This document shows positions 44,919 to 56,024 of a DNA stretch of 64,000 bases, one piece after another. Within the stretch, counting starts at the first letter, position 1. Every line of letters begins with the position of its first letter. Source of the stretch: Parcubacteria group bacterium GW2011_GWA2_42_14 (GTDB lineage Bacteria; Patescibacteriota; Minisyncoccia; Sungbacterales; GWA2-42-14); NCBI GenBank assembly GCA_000998135.1, contig LCCV01000003.1, positions 6,392-70,391 of the forward strand, given 5' to 3'. A program made the position numbers and the translations under genes. A model generated the notes under the pieces. It ran no database searches. It had not been told where the DNA came from and saw only the letters and a program-made list of their open reading frames with translations.

Positions 44919-45365
44919 CCTGAGGCCACAGCCGAAGGATCTTATAAGATTCTTCGCTCCGCTCGGCTCCGCTCAGAATGACGAAGGCTAAGTTTTGTTT
45001 TTCTCTTTATCCCAAGTGAAGTGATAGCTAAGCGAAGAATCTTTCTTTATGAAAAATTATTATGTATACATTGCAACAAATTGGAAAAATACCGTATTTT
45101 ACACCGGAGTAACAAACAATTTAGCGAGACGCATGCGCGAACATAAAAATAAATTATTCGAAGGATTCACCAAAAAATATAATGTAAATAAATTAGTTTT
45201 TTATGAAGTGTTTAAAAATCCCATTGAGGCAATAGGCGCTGAAAAGAAAATTAAGGGTTGGTTGCGGAGAAAAAAGATTGATTTAATAAAAAGCAAAAAT
45301 CAAGAGTTTAAAGATTTGTCTGACGAATTATTTTGAGATCCTTCGGGTGCGCCCTCAGGATGACG
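44919..45365 (+). mobile_element. GIY-YIG gene cassette bounded by ~28-bp imperfect terminal inverted repeats, inserted between atpA and atpG
   Basis: Left TIR gtcatcctgaggccacagccgaaggatc (44919-44946). The right TIR (45338-45365), reverse-complemented, reads gtcatcctgagggcgcacccgaaggatc. Confidence 0.5.
45049..45336 (+). CDS. GIY-YIG domain nuclease (small, UPF0213-like)
   Basis: YVYIATN...VFYTGVTNNLARRMREH...KLVFYEVF...AIGAEKKIKGW is the canonical GIY-YIG layout. Confidence 0.8.
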   Translation: MKNYYVYIATNWKNTVFYTGVTNNLARRMREHKNKLFEGFTKKYNVNKLVFYEVFKNPIEAIGAEKKIKGWLRRKKIDLIKSKNQEFKDLSDELF

Positions 45366-45373
45366 AAAAAAGT

Positions 45374-46381
45374 ATGCCTTCAGTAAAATCAATAAAACAG
45401 CGAATAAAATCAGTAAAAAATACCCGCCAGATTACCAAGGCGATGGAAGTTGTTTCTGCAACGAAAATGCGAAAATCGCAGCAATTTGCTATTGAAGGCA
45501 GGCCTTATGCCCTTGCCGCCATGGAGATGCTGGGAAATGTTTTGGCAAGAACAAGGTACAGACCGCCGCTTTTACGAAAACGAGAAATTAAACAGGCGGC
45601 GTTAGTTGTGGTAACTTCTGATAAGGGCCTTGCTGGCGCATTTAATTCCAATGTTTTGCGAAAAGCCGAAAAATGGATTTTAGAAAATAAACAAAATTAT
45701 CCTGTGGATTTAGTAACGGTAGGCAGGAAATCGCGTGATTATTTCCAAAACAGAAAAGAAAATGTTGTAAAGGAATTTATTGGTTTCGGCGATTTTATTG
45801 AGCCGAATCAGACAAAGCCGTTATCTGATTTTCTTACGCGCGGATTTTTAAAAAAGCAATGGGATTTAGTTGAAATAATTTATACTAATTTTCGCTCCAC
45901 TTTAAAACAAGAAGTAAAAATGGTTCAGCTTTTTCCGGTTGATTTGGAAAAAATAAAAGATACAATTGTGGGTATAACCCCAGAATATGGAAGATTTGCA
46001 GTTAATAGTGAAAATCCCAAATCCCAAAATTCGCCCCCTCGGCGAATTCCAGGGCTTCGCCCGTCGGAAGCAAATACTTTTGCTTCCGACCCAAATTCCA
46101 AACAAATTCAAAATTATCTTTATGAGTATAAGTTTGAGCCGTCGCCAAAAGCTATTCTAAATTCACTCATTCCTCATTTGCTCGAAATGCAAATTTTTCA
46201 TATGATACTTGAGTCAAATGCTTCGGAACATTCAGCTCGGATGGTGGCCATGAAAAACGCTTCGGAAAACGCAGCAGACATTATTCAGGAGTTGACTTTG
46301 CAATATAACAAGTCAAGGCAGGCGGGAATTACGCGTGAATTAACGGAAATAACTGCTGGTAAAGAGGCATTGGAGGTGTAA
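45374..46381 (+). CDS. atpG: F0F1 ATP synthase subunit gamma (with a ~35-aa in-frame repeat-element insertion). The ORF track starts at 45347, inside the right TIR
   Basis: The N-terminus MPSVKSIKQRIKSVKNTRQITKAMEVVSATKMRK and the C-terminus ...MQIFHMILESNASEHSARMVAMKNASENAADIIQELTLQYNKSRQAGITRELTEI match gamma. The insertion ENPKSQNSPPRRIPGLRPSEANTFASDPNSKQIQN is an inserted element. Confidence 0.85.
   Translation: MPSVKSIKQRIKSVKNTRQITKAMEVVSATKMRKSQQFAIEGRPYALAAMEMLGNVLARTRYRPPLLRKREIKQAALVVVTSDKGLAGAFNSNVLRKAEKWILENKQNYPVDLVTVGRKSRDYFQNRKENVVKEFIGFGDFIEPNQTKPLSDFLTRGFLKKQWDLVEIIYTNFRSTLKQEVKMVQLFPVDLEKIKDTIVGITPEYGRFAVNSENPKSQNSPPRRIPGLRPSEANTFASDPNSKQIQNYLYEYKFEPSPKAILNSLIPHLLEMQIFHMILESNASEHSARMVAMKNASENAADIIQELTLQYNKSRQAGITRELTEITAGKEALEV
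46011..46112 (+). repeat. composite hairpin repeat element (aaatccc repeats plus aattcgcc-ccctc-ggcgaatt plus ggaagc...gcttcc) inside atpG; a second copy lies at ~58540-58640
   Basis: The same element, reverse-complemented, occurs intergenically at 58540-58640. The encoded peptides are similar (RRIPGLRPSEANTFASDPN vs RQIPGLRPSEAKLFASDPN). Confidence 0.8.
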
Positions 46382-46438
46382 TCATGCGAATGTTTTTGCA
46401 AATGTCTCCGAATAATATGCTAGTTAAAATATAATTTT

Positions 46439-48146
<1,708 letters not shown>

Positions 48147-48191
48147 TTTTCAATTTTCAATTTTCAAATACGAAATGACGGCGCGACTTGC

Positions 48192-48222
48192 GAAAAAATA
48201 AAAAGCTGTCACATAGACAGCT
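48192..48222 (-). terminator. rho-independent terminator (minus strand), possibly bidirectional after atpD
   Basis: On the minus strand: agctgtctatgtgacagct followed by ttttatttttt. Confidence 0.7.
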
Positions 48223-48264
48223 ATTAAGCCTCTCGCTTATTTCACCTTTTTTATATTAAATTCC

Positions 48265-48501
48265 TTACGGCCATATCTCGCTGAATTTCCGGCAGTTACC
48301 GCAATAATAACAGCAAGCAGGTTTAGTGAGAAGATAAATTGAAGTTATTGGTTTCATGTTTCCAAGTGTGTTGCATTTAGGACATGAATGCGATGATGGC
48401 TGTGAACGAGAGAGCATTTCCGATATACATGCTATAAGCGTTATAAGCAGCGGACTCGCAATGGCAAAAGTTACAAGAAGAGCGCGAATGAGAACATCCA
48501 T
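48265..48501 (-). CDS. small hydrophobic or Cys-rich hypothetical protein
   Basis: 78-aa ORF with an N-terminal TM segment and a terminator hairpin downstream. Weak. Confidence 0.3.
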   Translation of the reverse strand: MDVLIRALLVTFAIASPLLITLIACISEMLSRSQPSSHSCPKCNTLGNMKPITSIYLLTKPACCYYCGNCRKFSEIWP

Positions 48502-48556
48502 GTTTTACCACTCGGTTAATTAGATATAGGAACTATTAGTAACAATATCTTCTTTT

Positions 48557-48802
48557 ATGAAATTGTCAATTTATAGTTTGCAAAAAACTCTTTTTGAGGG
48601 CGAGGTTGAAAAAATAATCGCCCGCACAACCACGGGCGAAATTACGGTTTTAGACGGGCATATTCCTTTGATTTCTTCTTTAAGGGGGCCGGGTTTAGAA
48701 CTTATTGACAAAAAAGGAAAAAAGGATATAATTAAGATTGACTCTGGTTTTTTGGAAATACGGCCAGAAAGCGAGGTAGTTATACTTGCCGATACCGCAT
48801 AA
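48557..48802 (+). CDS. atpC: F0F1 ATP synthase subunit epsilon (beta-sandwich domain only)
   Basis: MKLSIYSLQKTLFEGEVEKIIARTTTGEITVLDGHIPLISSLRGPGLELI. Confidence 0.8.
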   Translation: MKLSIYSLQKTLFEGEVEKIIARTTTGEITVLDGHIPLISSLRGPGLELIDKKGKKDIIKIDSGFLEIRPESEVVILADTA

Positions 48803-48833
48803 CCAAAATCCGAACCGATCTTTTAAATACTTA

Positions 48834-49280
48834 ATGAAACGGATATACCTTTTTAAGCAAAAAATAACTCTTGATCACTACGTTGCGGAAGCGTATACGG
48901 TGCGTTGCGTGGATGATCGTTTTTGGAAAACATTTAAAAATTTTTTGCGGGAGCAAAACATTACTCATGTTGATCCTAAAAGCCCTGCCGGCGGAGTAAA
49001 AGTATTTGCGTCTCCAAATCGCGAGAGTGACCGGGAATATAATCTGGATGAACTTGCAATTTCTATCAAGCTTCATCATGTGAAAAAAGTTATGCTTTTC
49101 AGCCATAGCGACTGCGGAGCTTATGGCGGGCTTAAGAAATTCAACGGCAATAAAGATAAGGAATTGAGGTTTCATTTGAAAGAGCATGAAAAAGCCAAAG
49201 AGGTCGTGGGTAAACGTTTCCCCGGGTTAAAAATTGAAACTTACTTTATTGACGAAGAGGGCGTAATAAAAACCTCCTAA
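48834..49280 (+). CDS. beta-class carbonic anhydrase-like protein (short)
   Basis: VRCVDDRF (CxDxR) and HVKKVMLFSHSDCGAYGG (HxxCG) sit ~60 residues apart, as in beta-CA. The protein is shorter than typical beta-CAs. Confidence 0.4.
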   Translation: MKRIYLFKQKITLDHYVAEAYTVRCVDDRFWKTFKNFLREQNITHVDPKSPAGGVKVFASPNRESDREYNLDELAISIKLHHVKKVMLFSHSDCGAYGGLKKFNGNKDKELRFHLKEHEKAKEVVGKRFPGLKIETYFIDEEGVIKTS

Positions 49281-49293
49281 GGAATTTAAAAGA

Positions 49294-49318
49294 ACCGGCA
49301 GAAGAGCCGGTATTTTTA
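49294..49318 (+). terminator. rho-independent terminator
   Basis: accggcagaagagccggt followed by attttt. Confidence 0.7.
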
Positions 49319-49462
49319 AATTTGATTATTTCCAGATCGTCCTAAAACGCCAAAAAGTTACTCCCTGAGCTTGTCGAAGGGCAACTTTTTGGCTTATTTA
49401 TGTAATCCTTCGACAAGCTTAGGCAGTAAAAATATAGTTTTTGGACGGTCCGGGAGGTTCAT

Positions 49463-50710
49463 TCATTTTTTAATAATTAGGTTTTCGGAGCTACCGACGG
49501 TAAACCTTCTATTCATAACCGCGAGTTTTAGAAGCAGATAAAATATTATTGAACCGCCAATGACTAAAATTGCCACCGCGAATGAATCATATTTTATGAT
49601 AAACCATTCTTTATCCCACGGGAAAGCGATATTCATTCCGAAGAATCCGGTCAGGGCCGCCGCAAAGGTGGTCATTTTAATTACGGCAAGTTCCCGCTGG
49701 GTGTTTTCCTCATAGAGAGTGTGTAGAAGCGTTATGGTACCCTCCAGATACTCCCGGGTCATTTCCCATAAATGTTTTGTGTAGGCACCCGCTGAATCCA
49801 GCGGTTCAAAACGGCGGAGTCCGTATTTTTTAAGGAAATCCGATTCGTCTTTGGCGATAGTATGAAATCGTTCTTTTAAAATATCCTGCATTTGAAGGAG
49901 TCGAGCTTCCACATAAGTAATGGTTCGGCGTATTTCCAGAAGCCGCCGCCTTATTTCCGGAAAATCTTTGTAGCGAAGCGAGCGGGAATCCCGGATTTTT
50001 GATATTTCATCCCAAAAAGCCCTATGTCGTCCAAGATAATCTTCCAGCTGGAATTCAAATTCACGGAAAAAAATATCGTGTTTGACGAATGATTCCAGTT
50101 TAATCATGTCTGGTAGTGTGTTTTTGAAGCGAAGTATGGTAAGGGAAGGAGAGCGGTGTATTTCCATTTCCGGCCCCTTTACCACAGAGGTCGGTCTTTC
50201 TTGTATTGAGGAATAAATTTCGTTTATATTTTCATCGCCGGCTTCTGAAATTACGGCAATGAAGGGTAAAACGGTTTTAATATCGCGAATGTCCCGGGGA
50301 ATGGGCGCTCCTAAACTGAAAAGATAATTTATTGCAGGGCCGAGTTTTTGAGTATAAAATTCCAAAAGAAAAGTTCTGGCCTTGGAAAATTCGTGGTCAT
50401 GGGATTCAATAATATTTGCTGTTTTTATAAGCAAAATTCCGTCCTCGGTAATTATAAATTCTCCGTTTTGGAACGAGGCATTAAGAAAATCAGCGTCAAA
50501 TTCTTCATGAAGTTTGAAATCGGTTAAGCCAAGCGTGTCATGAAGTTTTTTGAGCTTTTTAGGGTCCAGGCCCTTAATACCTTCCCTCTCATTTAAAAAA
50601 TTAAAAACCTCCTTCAAATGGATTGAAGTTCGGGGAAACCATGTGCCGAGATAGAGTCGGTGGATGATCATTATGATTATAATATTATACCTCATAAGAT
50701 TTTTGGACAA
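49463..50710 (-). CDS. corA: CorA-family Mg2+/Co2+ transporter
   Basis: The C-terminus ...ALTGFFGMNIAFPW is followed by two TM helices, with the GMN motif. Confidence 0.8.
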   Translation of the reverse strand: MSKNLMRYNIIIIMIIHRLYLGTWFPRTSIHLKEVFNFLNEREGIKGLDPKKLKKLHDTLGLTDFKLHEEFDADFLNASFQNGEFIITEDGILLIKTANIIESHDHEFSKARTFLLEFYTQKLGPAINYLFSLGAPIPRDIRDIKTVLPFIAVISEAGDENINEIYSSIQERPTSVVKGPEMEIHRSPSLTILRFKNTLPDMIKLESFVKHDIFFREFEFQLEDYLGRHRAFWDEISKIRDSRSLRYKDFPEIRRRLLEIRRTITYVEARLLQMQDILKERFHTIAKDESDFLKKYGLRRFEPLDSAGAYTKHLWEMTREYLEGTITLLHTLYEENTQRELAVIKMTTFAAALTGFFGMNIAFPWDKEWFIIKYDSFAVAILVIGGSIIFYLLLKLAVMNRRFTVGSSENLIIKK

Positions 50711-50759
50711 TTGTGCATAACTTTCAATTTTGTCGGAAATCTGTTATATTTTATTGGTA

Positions 50760-52111
50760 TGAAGGAAATATATTTAGATCACGCCGCTACAACTTATTTA
50801 GACCCGCGGGTAAAAGAAGCGATGGATCCGTATTGGGAATTGGAATATGGAAATCCATCCAGTTTATATCGGGTTGGCCGTAGGGCAAAAGATGTTCTTG
50901 ATGGAGCGCGTGTTTCGGTTGCAAAAATTTTAAACTGCCGTTCAGATGAAATTATTTTTACCGGCGGAGGAACCGAAGCGATTAATTTAGCGATTTTTGG
51001 TGCGGCAAGGTATTACGGCCAGCCGCAAGATACAAGATACAAGATACAAGATACAAGTTTTCGCGGTCATATTATTACTTCCAAAATTGAACATCACGCG
51101 GTTTTGCATTCAATGGAGGCGCTGGAAAAAGAAGGGTTTGAAGTAACTTATCTTGATGTTGATGAATACGGGTTGGTTAGTCCGGAAGATGTTAGAAAAG
51201 CGTTGCGGCCGGATACTATCTTGGTTTCAATTATGTATGCCAACAATGAGATTGGAACGATTGAGCCCATCGCGGAAATTTCTAAAATTATCAAAAATTT
51301 TCGCGAGGAATTAAGAATTAAGAATCAGGAATTAGGAAAAAGTCCCGAAACCATAATTCATAATTCATCATTCATACTTCCCGTATTCATGACCGACGCC
51401 TGTCAGGCCTCCGGTTCACTGGACATGGATGTTCAAAAATTGGGCGTTGATTTACTCGCCTTCAATGGCTCCAAAATTTACGGCCCGAAAGGAGTTGGGG
51501 CGCTTTATAAAAAAGCATCGGTGCGTTTGAAGCCCTTGATTTACGGCGGGGGACAGGAAAATCAGATGCGTTCCGGTACGGAAAATGTGCCGGGGATTGT
51601 TGGATTAGCTAAAGCGTTTGAATTGGCGCAAGCGGAAAAAGAAAAAGAAAATATCCGTTTAATTGAACTTCGTGATTACTTCACAAGGCGGCTTTTAACG
51701 GAAATTCCAAAAGTCGTTTTGAACGGGCATCCGGCAAAGCGTTTGCCGAATAATATAAATGTTTCAGTTTTGGATATTGAAGGGGAAGCGGTTATTTTGT
51801 ATCTTGACTCAAAAGGAATTTATATTTCTACCGGTTCTGCTTGCACTTCAACCACCCTTGACCCATCGCATGTTATTTTGGCGTTAGGCAAGCCATATGA
51901 ATACGCCCATGGTTCATTAAGATTTACTTTGGGTAAGCGAACAACCAAAGAGGAGCTGGATTATATTATGGAAGTTTTTCCCGGTATTGTTAAAAAACTA
52001 CGCGCAATTTCTCCGGTTCGGATGGAAGTCGGACAAACAAATGTCAGTCATCCCGAGGCCTTTGCCGGACAAGGTTCGAAGATAAAAGTAGGTGGTAAAA
52101 ATTATAAATAA
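50760..52111 (+). CDS. iscS: Cysteine desulfurase (IscS/NifS) carrying in-frame heptamer-repeat insertions
   Basis: IYLDHAATTYLDPRV, SKIYGPKGVGALY and SGTENVPGIVG are present. The annotated start at 50660 is an over-extension; MKEIYLDHAAT begins at 50760. Confidence 0.9.
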
Positions 52112-52130
52112 AAAAAGGGCTTTATGCCCC

Positions 52131-52367
52131 TTAAATATTTGGTCCATTTTCAACTTCGCCTTTTTCACTTATTGTAAATACAAAACCCTTGTTTTTCAAA
52201 AGTTCAGAGATATCGGTTTCGGAATGAACAATGAATGTTTGAGGATTTCGCACAAAGGCCTTTCCCCTGATACCATGAACCGAGGAAAGCGTTTCCCGCA
52301 GCTGTTCAATGCTGGTATTGCCGTGTCCGAGATCTATAATGTAGATGTAAAGAAACTGTTTGTCCAT
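52131..52367 (-). CDS. hypothetical protein
   Basis: 78-aa ORF. Confidence 0.3.
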   Translation of the reverse strand: MDKQFLYIYIIDLGHGNTSIEQLRETLSSVHGIRGKAFVRNPQTFIVHSETDISELLKNKGFVFTISEKGEVENGPNI

Positions 52368-52483
52368 TTTTTCGTTTCGCGTACTTTAATGGTCCGGAAA
52401 GAATTATTTTTAAGCATAATAGGATTATAGAGAAAACGCAACAAGTAAAAAAGCCGCACGGGTTAGGTGTGGCGGTACGGGTT

Positions 52484-52834
52484 CTAATCGGAATAAGAAG
52501 AACGCGCAAGAGATAGGGTGACATATTCTTCTACTGAAAGTGGTTCCCATACCCTAATGATGTTTATTAGTTCGTATCCCGGAAGGGGGTTTTCGCGACA
52601 GTATAAGGAAACTGTTTTCTCCGGCCAATCAAACTCGGTCTTCATGCGGCTTTTTACTTTACTGGCAATCGTCTTGATTTCATTGTCCGTAAGTTCGTAT
52701 TTTTCTAATTTGTAGCTGGTTGTACTGATAAGACGTTCGGGGTCAGGCGTAATAATATACGGGAAACGTTGAGAAAGATACAATTCCGGGGGCAATGAGT
52801 TTAATGCTTTGTAGAGCGCGAGAAACCTTGCCAT
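52484..52834 (-). CDS. hypothetical protein
   Basis: 116-aa ORF. Confidence 0.35.
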   Translation of the reverse strand: MARFLALYKALNSLPPELYLSQRFPYIITPDPERLISTTSYKLEKYELTDNEIKTIASKVKSRMKTEFDWPEKTVSLYCRENPLPGYELINIIRVWEPLSVEEYVTLSLARSSYSD

Positions 52835-52903
52835 TATTAGTCCCTTTTTGAGTTAAAGAACAGTATATAAATTATAAGTTATTTAATTTAAAAAGTCAAA
52901 TAT

Positions 52904-53569
52904 ATGGATGTAAATCCCAAAATAAACATCAACGCAGATGTTGTGAATCAGTACACCGGCGAGAAGTGGTATTATTCCGATATCGTTAAGGAGCATTTTT
53001 TCAATCCCCGGAATTTAATGCTGGATGAGCCGGATGAGTCGCAATATGACGCGGTTGGGATGGTCGGGAGTCCGGCGTGTGGAGACATGATGAAGATGTG
53101 GCTGAAAATTGAACAGGATTCAGAGCGTGTGAAAGAAATGAAATGGCGTACTTTTGGGTGTGGTTCCGCAATTGCCGCAACTTCTATGTTCAGCGTTATG
53201 GTTACGGAAAATGGGGGACTGCCCATAGGCGAGGCATTAAAAATAAAGCCCCAGCATATAATGGAGCGATTGGGCGGCCTGCCCAATAGGAAAATTCATT
53301 GTTCGGTTTTGGCAGATAAGGCGTTTCGAAAAGCGGCTAATGAGTATTTCCGCAAGACAGGACAAAATCTTCGTGTTATGATAGAAGGAGCGTGCGTGAT
53401 TGATTCAAAATTGAATATTACCGATAAGGATATTGAAGAAGCTGTTTTGGAAGGCGCGACGGATTTGGAATCGGTTCAGAAAAAATTAAAGGTCGGTGTC
53501 GGCTCTCCGGAAATTATTACTGAGGTAGAACAATTAATTAGATTTTATAAAGAAAAATATTATGGTTAG
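52904..53569 (+). CDS. Fe-S cluster scaffold, IscU/NifU N-terminal-domain protein with a C-terminal extension
   Basis: GSPACGDMMKMWLKI...RTFGCGSAIAATS...KIHCSVLADKA carries the three conserved Cys of the IscU/NifU scaffold. Confidence 0.8.
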   Translation: MDVNPKININADVVNQYTGEKWYYSDIVKEHFFNPRNLMLDEPDESQYDAVGMVGSPACGDMMKMWLKIEQDSERVKEMKWRTFGCGSAIAATSMFSVMVTENGGLPIGEALKIKPQHIMERLGGLPNRKIHCSVLADKAFRKAANEYFRKTGQNLRVMIEGACVIDSKLNITDKDIEEAVLEGATDLESVQKKLKVGVGSPEIITEVEQLIRFYKEKYYG

Positions 53570-53786
53570 ATTTAAATTTAATCCGGAAAAGGGCGGTGTT
53601 GAAAAAATTATTGATCCCGATGAAAAAAAGCTGGAAAGAATGCGTGAAGAGGTACTGTTGTTGGAGTCCGAAAAAAAGAAAAGGATATTGTCTCCAGAAG
53701 AAGAAACCCGCCTTTGGAATTTTAAAAAGAGAATCGGAGTTATAGATATTCCCGATTCCGAAATTCATACCGGGCAGTATTTATAA
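53562..53786 (+). CDS. hypothetical protein
   Basis: 74-aa charged ORF overlapping the previous gene by 8 nt. Confidence 0.3.
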   Translation: MVRFKFNPEKGGVEKIIDPDEKKLERMREEVLLLESEKKKRILSPEEETRLWNFKKRIGVIDIPDSEIHTGQYL

Positions 53787-53820
53787 AAAATAGCCCAATA
53801 AGGACTTGGGCTTGAATTTG

Positions 53821-54084
53821 TCAGCGGAAGTTTTTTTGTCGGTTTTCCAAGCGCGAAAGAATATTTTCTATTTCTCGTTCATCTTGCTTTTTAACGGCTT
53901 TTTCCATTTCGTCGAGGTTATACATCATTTCAATCGGGTCATAACCGTAAGTTTGTATAATGCGCCTTGCAAAATTGTCAAGATTTCTGTTCATGAATGC
54001 CTGAATTATTTTTCCAAGTCGCATAGCTTTTGGATTGTCAACAATTGGCATGTTCGTTTTACGCCCTCTTATTCCAAAGAACAT
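53821..54084 (-). CDS. hypothetical protein
   Basis: 87-aa ORF. Confidence 0.3.
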   Translation of the reverse strand: MFFGIRGRKTNMPIVDNPKAMRLGKIIQAFMNRNLDNFARRIIQTYGYDPIEMMYNLDEMEKAVKKQDEREIENILSRLENRQKNFR

Positions 54085-54333
54085 TATTAATGTATTATAA
54101 TCTAATATTATGGAAGGTCAAGTTCCTCAAAATAACTTAACACCGCAATCCCCCGAAGTTAAAAAACCTGTAAAAATCGGTAAAATTATGGCCTGCCCCG
54201 CACCAATTCTGGTTACGATGCTTTACTTGTTTTAAGTGTGAGCCGAAGGCGATTCCGCGAAACAATGTGCCGCTTTTTCTAAAAATATTTTCGGAATTTG
54301 GTGCGGGGTTAACCGGAATCTTTCAAAATAATT

Positions 54334-54600
54334 ATGGATGAACAAAATCAACAAAATAGCCAATCGCAAGAGAAGAAGCCCCTGAAAATAGGGAAGATAG
54401 TTGTTGATAGAAATCTTTGTATTGGCGCGGCCTCCTGCATTGCCGTAGCGCCGGGTGTTTTTGAGCTTGATTCGGAAAATAAGGCCGTGATATATAATGA
54501 TAAGGGGGCGGATGACGAAACGATTCTTTTGGCCGCTAAATCATGCCCTACACAAGCAATATTGGTTTTTGATGAAGAAGGAAATCAGATTTATCCGTAA
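54334..54600 (+). CDS. Ferredoxin (single-cluster, CxxAxxC...CP type, likely 3Fe-4S)
   Basis: IVVDRNLCIGAASCIAVAPGVFELD...AAKSCPTQAI. Confidence 0.75.
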   Translation: MDEQNQQNSQSQEKKPLKIGKIVVDRNLCIGAASCIAVAPGVFELDSENKAVIYNDKGADDETILLAAKSCPTQAILVFDEEGNQIYP

Positions 54601-54710
54601 ACGTGAAGCGTTTAGCGGTTAGTGTATAGCGCGGTTCAGAGTCCTTACGACCCCCTATCGAGAGGGGTTATAAATCAGAATTGTGAAAAAGTCTAAGGTG
54701 TTGAATAATT

Positions 54711-55385
54711 ATGGATTTATCTAATCAATATAATAAAATTGCAAAAGAATTTTCTCGCGTTCATGATATTGGCGAGAATAGCAATCGAGAAAACCGGAAA
54801 GTTTTTTATAGCAACCTTGACTTTATAAAGCCGGGGATAAAGTTGCTTGACCTCGCTTGTGGTGATGGTCTTGATTTGGCCTACTATAAGAGTTTAGGCG
54901 CGGAGATATATGGTTTGGATGCTTCGGAAGAGTTTGTCGCCAGCGCTAAAGAGAAATTACCGAAATCAGATATACGAGTCGGTCTTTTTAAAAACCTTCC
55001 GTTTGAGAATAATTTTTTTGATGTCGTTTTAAGTAAATATGCAATACAGACATCACATGATTTGAATCCGGTATTTTCAGAGATTCATCGCGTTCTCAAG
55101 TCCGGCGGGATTATGATGTATCTTGTTACTCATCCTTTTCGCCAGTATTTTGAAAAAAGAGACGTAAAAGCCGATTATTTTGAGCAAAAAGTTGTTGAGC
55201 CGAGGATTCTTAATAACTCAATTATTGTTCAGGAGCCAACCCACACAATGAACGAATATTTGAATGAATTTCTTTTTAAGAATTTTGATATCCAATTTTT
55301 TCAAGAATACTGGGATACTGCCGCTGAACAGATTGATGGTAGAAAGTATCCAGGGTATTTTATTCTTAAAGCGAAAAAGCGCTAA
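54711..55385 (+). CDS. Class I SAM-dependent methyltransferase
   Basis: LLDLACGDGLDLAYYKSLGAEIYGLDASEEFV is motif I, followed by post-I motifs. Confidence 0.75.
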   Translation: MDLSNQYNKIAKEFSRVHDIGENSNRENRKVFYSNLDFIKPGIKLLDLACGDGLDLAYYKSLGAEIYGLDASEEFVASAKEKLPKSDIRVGLFKNLPFENNFFDVVLSKYAIQTSHDLNPVFSEIHRVLKSGGIMMYLVTHPFRQYFEKRDVKADYFEQKVVEPRILNNSIIVQEPTHTMNEYLNEFLFKNFDIQFFQEYWDTAAEQIDGRKYPGYFILKAKKR

Positions 55386-55421
55386 ACGAGAAAGCTGGTT
55401 AATAAATTAAAATCATAAATT

Positions 55422-55997
55422 ATGTACGAACCAAAAAACTTTGACCACCTTTTAGGAACCGCTGGTTTTAGCGACACGCTTCTTAAAAATCACTTCACTC
55501 TTTATCAAGGATACGTTACCAACACAAATAAACTTGCTGATGCTTTATCACAAATGATAGAAACGGAAAAAATCGGAACACCGGAGTATGCGGAACTGAA
55601 GCGAAGATTCGGTTGGGAATTTAACGGAATGCGGCTTCACGAACTTTACTTTAGTAATATGAAAAAAGGCGGAGTGGCGCTTGATACAAATTCGGAACTC
55701 TATAAAAAAATTATTGCAGATTTCGGAAATTATGAAAACTGGGAGAAGGATTTCAAAGCTACGGGAGCAATGCGGGGAATCGGGTGGACAATTCTTTATT
55801 ACGACCCAGAAGTAAAACGCGTGTTCAATGTTTGGATTAATGAGCATGATTTTGGGCATTTGGCCGGATGTAAGCCGCTTTTGGTGCTTGATGTTTTTGA
55901 ACACGCTTACATGCTTGATTACGGACTTAAACGCGCCGATTATATTGAAGCGTTTTTTAAAGCCATAGATTGGGAAGTGGTTGCTTCGCGTTTTTAA
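55422..55997 (+). CDS. Fe/Mn superoxide dismutase
   Basis: DVFEHAYMLDY...ADYIEAFFKAIDWEVVASRF matches DVWEHAYYLDY...YI.AFW..VNW..V..R. The N-terminal His ligands are partly degenerate. Confidence 0.8.
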   Translation: MYEPKNFDHLLGTAGFSDTLLKNHFTLYQGYVTNTNKLADALSQMIETEKIGTPEYAELKRRFGWEFNGMRLHELYFSNMKKGGVALDTNSELYKKIIADFGNYENWEKDFKATGAMRGIGWTILYYDPEVKRVFNVWINEHDFGHLAGCKPLLVLDVFEHAYMLDYGLKRADYIEAFFKAIDWEVVASRF

Positions 55998-56024
55998 TTT
56001 TATCCGCAACTATTTTTAACAACC

